Of a stretch of DNA of 64,000 nt, positions 56,657 to 64,000 are shown piece by piece. The first letter of the stretch is position 1. Each line of letters opens with the position of its first letter. The notes beneath the pieces are model-generated. The model ran no database searches, was not told the DNA's origin, and saw only the letters and a list, made by a program, of their open reading frames with translations. Origin of the DNA: Eledone cirrhosa (Eukaryota); the NCBI GenBank assembly GCA_964016885.1, contig OZ024751.1:2604001-2668000 (forward strand), in the 5' to 3' direction. The translations under genes were made by a program, and so were the position numbers.

Positions 56657-56962
56657 TTGGTATAAGGAAAAGAAAATGCTGACAAATTGTTCCCGGTGAA
56701 AAATAGTTTAATTAGGAATAAGCAAAAATTAGTAATAGTAGTGGTTAGTATTCAGTTTTGGTTTTAAGTTTTACCGATTAGAGCAAACATCACGGGCGCT
56801 CTATCTCAAAATTATTTTTGAAAAGCATTAGAAATGCGCAACCGGTAAAACTTAAAACCAAAACTGAATACTAACCAATACTATTACTAATTTTTACTTA
56901 TTCCTAATTAAACTATTTTTCACTGGGAACAATTTGTCAGCATTTTCTTTTCCTTTTACCAA
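56657..56962. mobile_element. Foldback/MITE-like element with 120-bp inverted arms and a 66-bp spacer
   Basis: 56657-56776 is the reverse complement of 56843-56962 with 4 mismatches by eye. It is flanked by TA dinucleotides/(TA)n and has no ORF. The inverted repeat is certain; the MITE label is inference. Confidence 0.75.
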
Positions 56963-57000
56963 TATATCATAACTCGTGTGTTATACCTCTATTCTTTTAA

Positions 57001-57039
<39 letters not shown>

Positions 57040-57049
57040 GGGGGGGGGG
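57001..57049. repeat. (TA)n-(TG)n-(G)n compound microsatellite
   Basis: Directly visible. Confidence 0.9.
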
Positions 57050-57240
57050 TGTTATTTAACCTCTAGTTAACCTTGATCCAGTAGGGCTAAAGTGTTCTAG
57101 TTGGATCCATTCTGTCTTTTAGTACTACATTTTCTAAGGTACCGTTCAATATTTTAAGATGTGTGGTTGTAATTTGAGGATTTGTCTACAACTTTTAGTT
57201 GGTCATGTAACCACATACAGGCGACCACTTTGGTTCGAGT

Positions 57241-57335
57241 TATTATTGTTGTTGTGGTTGTTAGAGCCCAAGGTCATCCCTGATCGAGCAGACCTATGAT
57301 AAATTTTTTGAAAAACTCAAAACCATCTCGTTTCT
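57241..57335 (-). mobile_element. Short retroposon 3'-tail fragment
   Basis: A (GTT)n tail abuts 'agcccaaggtcatccctgatcgagcagacctatgat', which from memory resembles a common mollusc/cephalopod SINE-LINE tail. A more decayed similar stretch lies at about 57050-57120. Not verified by search. Confidence 0.4.
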
Positions 57336-57936
57336 TGTTTAGACACAGATCAAACATTTTTCGATTCTGGTTTAAGGCCTCCCTGTCTGTGCAGTTTGAA
57401 GGAAATGCTCCTGTGGTCGGGTGGGTGCTTAAGCTCCTGCCAACAGTACATAGAATACATGTGCCTATTATCGTAAAAATTGGTCGATAAAGAAAATATC
57501 GTTGCTCATTAAAAGAGAAAGTAAGGAACTAGAAACTCAATATTATCTATAATAATATAATATCGATTTACTCGTTAAAACCAATCGTTATATCGAGTAG
57601 CTTTTATTTTTATTTTAAGAGAAAACAGATCTTCCAACTCTAAATACTTTAGTTGCAGTGTTTAACAAGGAGATATCAAAGATGTGGGTCCTTGTTTTGT
57701 AGAATTTATTAAAAAAAGTTAAAAGATAAAGTGTTTTTCCCTTCATTAACTTTTTCCTTGTCTTTTTTTTTTGTAACTTTCGGCAAACAAAAGATGAAAG
57801 ATGGAAGCCAATGTTTGAATGTTTGTTTTCTTGTCAATAAGTTAGCATTTTAGCTGTTTGTATGGAGTCATCTTTGGCATGGCGATGGGTTAGAGCTGGT
57901 GATGAATATAAGTGGATGTGTGATGAGGGCTTTTGT

Positions 57937-57952
57937 CATACATACACACGCG

Positions 57953-58030
<78 letters not shown>

Positions 58031-58133
58031 CCTATGTACACAGATATACATATCTATATACATATATATACATGTACATATATATAGATAGATGCAGTCA
58101 TATATATATATATATATATACAGGCACATACAC
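57937..58133. repeat. Compound (CA)n/(TA)n microsatellite
   Basis: Directly visible; accounts for the HTHT/YIYI ORFs. Confidence 0.92.
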
Positions 58134-58710
58134 AGTGAAAAAAAAATACACACTTTAATATTAATGAAAATCTCTCTTGCTTTTCTAAGCCAGAATTGAT
58201 AATTAAACTAATCATTTTTTTTTTGCTTCTTCATGGTTGCTTTGTGGGTGATATTGGCGAGGTAGAGATTGCTTGGAAGCTTGTTGGATGAACTGTATAT
58301 GTAATTCAGGGGGAAGCTTTGTCATACATCTTTCACGGGCATCCAGTCCATAATACATCCTGACAGCCGGGGGGTTTGTAAGTATCTCCACTCTCACCTG
58401 TGCAGTCATTTTTAGTGTCAAACCTGAATAGTGGGGTTTCCATCCTCCATCCAAATCTACAGTATCAGAGCCATGGAACTTTGATGAGGAAACCACGGCT
58501 ATATCTGACCAATAGCATCTAGCCTCTTCCATAATTCCCTGATCCATACCTGTAAGGATTGTGATGTTTTAGGTTCCAATTGTTAAGGTTTATTCCCTTC
58601 CGAACCCTCTTTAGAGTCTCGGGATACGCAATATTTTTACGTCCATCCCACGCCTACTAAGACAGGTTGCAGGCCCATAGCTAGTGTCTACAGCAAAGTG
58701 AAGTACGGAG

Positions 58711-59000
58711 ATTGTCGAGTCAAAGTTAGCTGATGAACAGTGTGGTTTTCACCCTGGACCTTTTGCTCAGTCCACCAAATATTTACATTGTAGCAGGTCT
58801 TTGAGAAATCGTGAGAGTACGGCCAAGAGGTGTATTAATGCTTTGTAGACCTCGAAAAGGCATATGACTGCGTTCCATGGGACCTGCTATGGAAGGTTCT
58901 ACAGAAGTATGGGGTCAATGGTCAGATTGTTGCCATGATGCTTCTATACGTATGTCCGTTTATTTGTGTTAGGATAAATGGTGCTAAATCGAAACCATTA
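58711..59000 (+). pseudogene. RTE-clade non-LTR retrotransposon reverse transcriptase fragment (decayed)
   Basis: Manual translation gives IVESKLADEQCGFHPG / HQIFTL*QVFEKS*EYGQEVY*CFVDLEKAYDCVPWDLLWKVLQKYGVNGQ...VRINGAKSKP. This matches the QxGFRxGR...DQIF and FVDLEKAYDxV RT motifs of RTE/Expander-type LINEs, with three stops and a frameshift. Confidence 0.88.
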
Positions 59001-59044
59001 GCTGGAAGGAGTGTTTGAGGACTCTGCCTACACAGCCCTCACAC

Positions 59045-59138
59045 GAAGAAGAAGAAGAAGAAGACGAAGACAAAGAAGAAGAAGAAGAAGAAGAAGAAGA
59101 AGAAGAAGAAGAAGAAGAAGAAGAAGAAGAAGAAGAAG
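59045..59138. repeat. (GAA)n microsatellite, about 30 units
   Basis: Directly visible; accounts for the poly-R ORF 59011..59262. Confidence 0.95.
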
Positions 59139-59391
59139 CTTTGTCACACACTATGTCATGGTGATTTTACACGAGAATTATGTTAAGAGTACACACGTCT
59201 GTAGAATGCTCAGTCACTTACAGGTTAACTTCTCGAGCAGTCTTGAACATCTGGAACAGTAATCTCTAAAACTGACGGAGATCCATTCCAGATCTTTAGA
59301 TCTTCAACAAAGAATTTAGATTCCGTTGGTCGTTTCTTACAGTTGTGTTCGACGTTTATAAAATAAATGAAAATTGATTTAATGCTAAAAT

Positions 59392-59570
59392 TATTGTGTC
59401 TACCTTTGGCACAAGGCCAGCAATTACCACAGTGCATTACTGGTGTTTTATTTTAACGACCCCGTAAGGATGAAAGGCAAAGTTAACCTCAGCAGAATTT
59501 GAACTCAGAACGCAAAGGGCCATAACTCTATGCTGTCAGACGCTCTCCCGATACTGCCAATCCAACGACC
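59392..59570 (-). mobile_element. SINE (Nin-domain-like) with a 14-bp target-site duplication
   Basis: Exact direct repeat tttaatgctaaaat at 59378-59391 and 59571-59584. The minus strand has B-box-like GAGTTCAAATTC followed by 'gaggttaactttgcctttcatccttacggggtcgttaaaataaaacaccag', which from memory resembles the Nin SINE domain. Confidence 0.8.
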
Positions 59571-59865
59571 TTTAATGCTAAAATAAATAAACACTGACTG
59601 TATCCATGCGTTATTTCTTTTGAAAGATTTTTTTTTATGGCTAAGACAAGGATTGATATCGACCTTCTCAGTCCCATTCCACCCTACCCCAAGAAACTCT
59701 TCTGAGTTTCAGAAGATCCCGTTAAGGGTGAAAGCATCGATTCTTTGCTTAAACTTTAATCGGTTATTTTAATAAATATTTGCTCTATGGTTCTTATATA
59801 TTTGATATATATTTATCCTTGTCGAGCCCTCTTTGGATTTTAGTCTTCAAATTTATTATTATTAC

Positions 59866-59871
59866 TATATA

Positions 59872-59902
<31 letters not shown>
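59866..59902. repeat. (TA)n microsatellite at the inferred 3' end of the Penelope-like element
   Basis: Directly visible. Confidence 0.9.
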
Positions 59903-60051
59903 CCAGGGAGTGTAACTTGGAGTTACTGTAGGTTCACCCGGGTGAGCACTCGATGTTTCACTTCAGTGTCTAGGTGTAGAGCTATACAGAGTGTATTATA
60001 GTGAAAAGATAACAAGGACGATTGGTTACTCCTTCATTACATTTATTGGTT

Positions 60052-60136
60052 GGTGACGCGCTTTTCGCCACTGATTCGCTCAAGTTTTGATCTGTATCGA
60101 TCTTATCCGACTCTGTAATCCGCGGCTCGTCGGACC
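60052..60136 (-). ncRNA. Type I hammerhead ribozyme-like motif (Penelope pLTR type), probably mutated
   Basis: The minus strand reads GGU-CCGACGA-GCCGCgGAUU...AAUCaGUGGC-GAAA-AGCGCG-UC-ACC: a 3-bp stem I, a core differing from CUGANGA at one base, an extended stem II, GAAA, a near-palindromic stem III and a UC cleavage site. Confidence 0.65.
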
Positions 60137-60610
60137 CCTTGTAATGTTAGTAGAGAATGAATACATGCTGTATGATAAAGTCAGAAGTTCATATGTTGGT
60201 CAATAAAGTTTGTTTTGATTGGTGGATTAGTTCATAGTGATGTGTTTGCCTGTAGTGTATGTGTGTGTAGGGGGGGGTGATAAGATGGTAGTGACGGTCG
60301 CAGGCTGAAGTGGGCGGTGGTGTGGAGGTGCTGGTTGTCGGTAGACAGATTGGCATGTAGCTAGGGCTGATTTTTGTGTGTGCTGCGGGTGTAGCCTTGT
60401 TGTTTGTGGTAATGGTGTTTATGGTGGTGTGATGAATGTGTTGGTGGTGTCAAATTCAATAAGGAGATACATACATAGACACACTTAGTCTGACAAAACC
60501 GTTGTATACATACACATGTGTATATATATATATAGAGAGAGGGCCAGTGGAGATAGCGTTGAACAAATAAATATACTTACGCAGAGACACACACACATGC
60601 GTTGTTTTGG

Positions 60611-61050
60611 GAGGGATGGTATGTGTTGTTGATGTTGAAGTATGGAGATGTGCCTGGTGGTGGCGGTGGTCGTGGGTGCGACAAAATATTAGCAGGATCG
60701 AATTTTACGATGGATTACAGGTTAAAAAATAAATAACACAGGGAACACGGTGAAAACAAGGTTGTGAATGAGGGATGGTGGACGTATAGCGATGTGTATG
60801 GTTGTGGTGGTGGAGGTGGTGGCGATGCAATGATATGTTCGACATTATATTTACAGGATCGGATGTTACGATGGTTTACAAAGTAAAACCTGACAGACAG
60901 GACAGATAGAACACGATTTTACTGAGATGAGGGATGTATGGCGATGTGTCTGTTGATGGGGGTGATGGATGCGACATGATATTTACAAAATCTGAACTTA
61001 CAAAGGGTTACATGTTATATAAGACAAATGCACTGAGATGAGGGACGGTG
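60611..61050. repeat. Three (plus a partial fourth) diverged ~110-160-bp direct repeats in the PLE 3' region
   Basis: 'gaggga(t/c)g' occurs at 60611, 60770, 60929 and 61040. The block 'cgaca..atatt..caggatcg..t.ttacgatgg.ttaca' occurs at 60679 and 60840 and, more decayed, at 60972. Confidence 0.65.
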
Positions 61051-61073
61051 TGGCAAGGTAAAGGTGGTTATCA

Positions 61074-63517
61074 CTATGTTACGTCAAGGTTAGTGTGCGG
61101 CCCTCGGCCGAATGTTTGTGCAGAGAAGGTGTTCAACCCGGTGTGTCTACAATTTTTAATTGTGTCAGACCTAGAGTTTATGGCAGATTTCAATTTAATG
61201 ATCTCAGCCGCCTCGGCCAGGCATAACCTGCAGTGGTTTCTGTATCTGGGAAGTTGGGCCACGTGTCTTTTAACTGACCATATGATCTGGAATTCGATGT
61301 TCTTGTCTTTGAGGTCCCAGATCAAGTCGGCCAGTTTAGTTTGGGATCGTTTGAGCCTGTGTTTAAATGAGCTTTTGTGGTTATACCAGCGTTCCTTAAA
61401 CGCAGTGAAGGTCGCACCTATATAGGAGTACTCTTTTCTGCCAGCTGTGACATCGCACCGGTAAATAATGTTTTTAACGAGGCACTCCCCGCTTAGTCGG
61501 CATTCTACCCGCTTTTTGCAGTTGCAGTTGGGAGTTACAGGTTTGATGGCACGTTGTCGGTTGTTCGTATTCTGTGTGGAGCTGACATGTGGGTAGTGTT
61601 GTGTTGTGTGCTGTGGTTTCGTTCTGGGTTGTGCTAGTGGTTTGTTGTGGAGCTACCATGTGTTTGCGTATTTTTGTCCTATTAGTGTGTGCTATCGTGT
61701 CGCCTAGATTTGGTGCTGTGGAGAAAGAGAATTTGACAGTGTCTATTGAAGAGCTTGTGGTATTTATGTGTGTGTGGGAAGGATTGTTCCAGAGCTCCGA
61801 AGAAGGTTTTCGGTATATTGGTGGAAACGTGTATAGTTGTACCATGTCACAGGTTTATTTCGGTGTTTACGGTGTTTAGTGTGGTTGTTGTGGTTTGGTG
61901 GTTGTGTGGGTTCGTCTTGGTTAGGCGTATTTGTCATAGGGGTTCCTAGTATTCTATTGGCGTTATGTCTCGGGTCTCTATTACTACGTATACGCTTGCG
62001 ATATTCAGAGTCCTTATTGGGGTTGGAGAGTATAGTTTTATCTCGTTGGCAGTTGTGTGTTGCCTGCCCTGTCTGCTAAAGAGGGTCTTAGGTTATTATT
62101 TGTTATAGGTGTGGTGTCCTCGTCTATGTGCGTTTCTAAGTGTCTGATTAGGTTTAGCGGCGTTGCGGTTCTAGTTGGGTCATTGTAAGATATCTTCTCA
62201 ATGTATCCAGCCTTTTCAAGTACGGAGTTATAGTATTCCGCGTGCTGGTTGAAGATAGTTCTATTTGCTGACAGGGTGGACACTCTGTAGGGAACGCTTT
62301 TAACTATTGAGTTAATTATGCTCCTAGGGTGGTTGGAGTGTCTGTTGACATATTTGAGGTTACTATTTAGTTTATGGTAAGGGCGGTAGAGACCTGTGTC
62401 TAATTCTAAAGTGACGTCTAAGAAGTCTACTATCCTACTGTTGGATTCTATTTCTACGGAGGGGATATCGTCTGGTAATATATTTAGGAGGTATAGGCCT
62501 ACTATATCGGTAACCTATGCGGAGTCGGTCGACTCTATTGTAATGTCGAAGCTATCTGGTCTATTCTGTCGTTCCTACAATTTACCGTCAAATTCTAGTA
62601 TGATGTCCACCTCCTTTCTATTGAGGCTTGATCTGTCATGGCTGAGATCAGTGACTTGTTAAGGATGATTGGAGATATAGAAGCGTAGTAGTTCGCAATG
62701 TCCATTTGGACTAATCGAACTTCCGACTTAGTTTCAATGCCGGAGAACCAGTCGATTATCTCTTTTGTACATAACCAGAGGCTGAGTTTAGTTCTATTTC
62801 TAAGTTCTGGTATAACCCGGTCAATGATAGATTTGCTTAGTCTACCTAGGTCTGATTTAGAGGGAGCTATGAGTCTGACCGGTAGTTTGAACTGAAAGTC
62901 CGGTTTGTGGTATTTAATAGATATCCTCGGTGTCCTAGGGTTGTAGGTTTGATTCCTGTCATCTATGCTCAGTCATTATTGTTTTCGCCTGTTTGTTTAT
63001 GTGTGCTAGGTTTTCCCGTGTTGATGTTTTGTATATTTTAGCTATTTCGTTTGTGATTCATTTCTTGTAGGTTTTGTACTCCAAATGATAGATGTTTCCT
63101 GTTTTATAGGCCGGTACGATGATGCCAGGGTTATTCCTGACCTTTTTTACAGTAGATGCGAGCCCAGACAGGAATGCACTTTTGTCAGGGTTTCGCGGTG
63201 GTTTTCTGTATTTAATGGTCCGGACCATGGCAATAATCCCGTCCTCAAATTCCTCTAGCAGTGGGTTGTGCGGTGGGTTTTTCCTCGATTTGAATAGTTT
63301 TTTTCGTGTGGTTGGTGGTTTTGTCGTCGGATCCAGGGGCCCTCCTGTTGTTACCATACCTTCTAATGAAATTGTTGGCCTGCATTAGTAAAAGGTTCAT
63401 GTATACATCATCCGAAGGTATAGGTGTGTCCTTTAGGGAGAAAGTGTTGTAGAAAAATTCAATGGTGTTCCAGGTAAGCGCTCGACTAAGTAAGGAGCTT
63501 TTGTGTGTGCTGTTTTG
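61074..63517 (-). pseudogene. Penelope-like RT + GIY-YIG endonuclease polyprotein, disrupted by stops, frameshifts and deletions
   Basis: Manual translation across frames gives FSLKDTPIPS; FKSRKNPP..LEEFE; VPAYKTGNIY (DKT/DKG motif); ISIKYHKPDF..VRLIAPSKSDLGRLSK; IIDWF; MDIANYYASI (RT motif A); FDITIESTDSA*VTDIVGLYLL; VDFLDVTL..YRPYHK..YVNRHSNHP; TWYN..VSTNI..FPHTH..KLFNR/TVKFSFS; CNCKKRVEC..GEC..NIIY..YIGAT..FKERWYNHKSSF; CRLCLAE..INSRSD..CRH. Confidence 0.9.
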
Positions 63518-63616
63518 CTATAATATTTCGTTTTGCGCCTGGGTGCGTGTGTACTTGTTCCCTTGTACGCATGGTTACGCAATGGTTGTATGTATGATAG
63601 TGTGTATAAACAAATA

Positions 63617-63647
<31 letters not shown>

Positions 63648-64000
63648 ACCTGGTTGAGGGGAAGGGAAAACGCCGAGTACAATTATAAAGCGATAGAAAC
63701 TATAAGCCGATTATACAGAGAGTGATGGTGGGGTGAGATTGGTGGTAGTGTTGGCGGTTGTGTTGTTGTTGTTGATGGTGGCAATGGCATTATTTCTGTT
63801 GATGTTGTCAGTGTTGTATTTAGAGTAATTGACAGTAATGGTGATGGTGATGTTATTGTTGTTGTTGGTGGTGTCGTTGTTGTTGATGGTGGTGGTGTCG
63901 TTGACGTTGGTAGTGATGGTTTCATTGTTCTTGGTGGTTGTGTCGTTATTGTTGGTGGTGTGTTGTCGCTGTTGTTGTTGCTGGCATCGTTATTGTTGAT
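63617..64000. repeat. (TG)n microsatellite followed by a degenerate (GTT/GGT)n tract running off the window
   Basis: (TG)n about 63617-63646; gtt/ggt/gat triplets 63723-64000; accounts for the Thr/Pro-rich ORF. Confidence 0.88.

Larger units (their letters stand above)
59903..63517 (-). mobile_element. Penelope-like retroelement (Naiad-type), decayed; 5' boundary uncertain
   Basis: RT and C-terminal GIY-YIG remnants (61074-63517) are followed by about 1.1 kb of 3' region with a hammerhead-like motif and AATAAA (60047-60042), ending at (TA)n. Confidence 0.85.

Noticed and set aside
58600-58700. Inverted 3' part of the RTE element (5'-inversion structure)
   Set aside because: There is only a faint resemblance to an RTE C-terminus on the minus strand, which cannot be supported without an alignment.
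63058-63060. In-frame TGA as a selenocysteine codon (reported for some Naiads)
   Set aside because: It falls at a position that looks like Leu in YxKLI (TTA to TGA), not a conserved Cys, and the copy also has TAG stops and frameshifts, so decay is the simpler explanation.
61048-63388. Plus-strand ORFs over the PLE (for example 61048..61425, 62396..62662 and 63119..63388)
   Set aside because: They are antisense shadows of the minus-strand RT/endonuclease frame and have no recognisable motifs.

Overview
Eukaryotic, repeat-dominated DNA with no convincing host gene. The SINE and repeat types resemble those I associate with Octopus/coleoid cephalopods, but that assignment is inference. Bases 1-54742 (continuing off the left edge) are one uninterrupted, single-orientation satellite of about 2,000 copies of a 27-bp monomer, TTGAACTGTCAT(AT/GC/GT/AC)TGAACCTTC(T/C)CTG. 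The monomer is itself a 13+14-bp dimer, and the array is a patchwork of kb-scale higher-order duplications. Nearly all ORFs in the track are by-products of this monomer. The last 9.3 kb is AT-rich flank containing microsatellites, tRNA-derived SINEs (one with a 14-bp TSD), a 306-bp foldback element and an RTE-clade LINE RT fragment. It also holds a decayed minus-strand Penelope-like retroelement of Naiad type (RT plus C-terminal GIY-YIG). That element lacks its catalytic YxDD segment through an in-frame deletion, carries a hammerhead-ribozyme-like motif with an unusually long stem II just upstream of an AATAAA, and has three diverged ~160-bp repeats in its 3' region.
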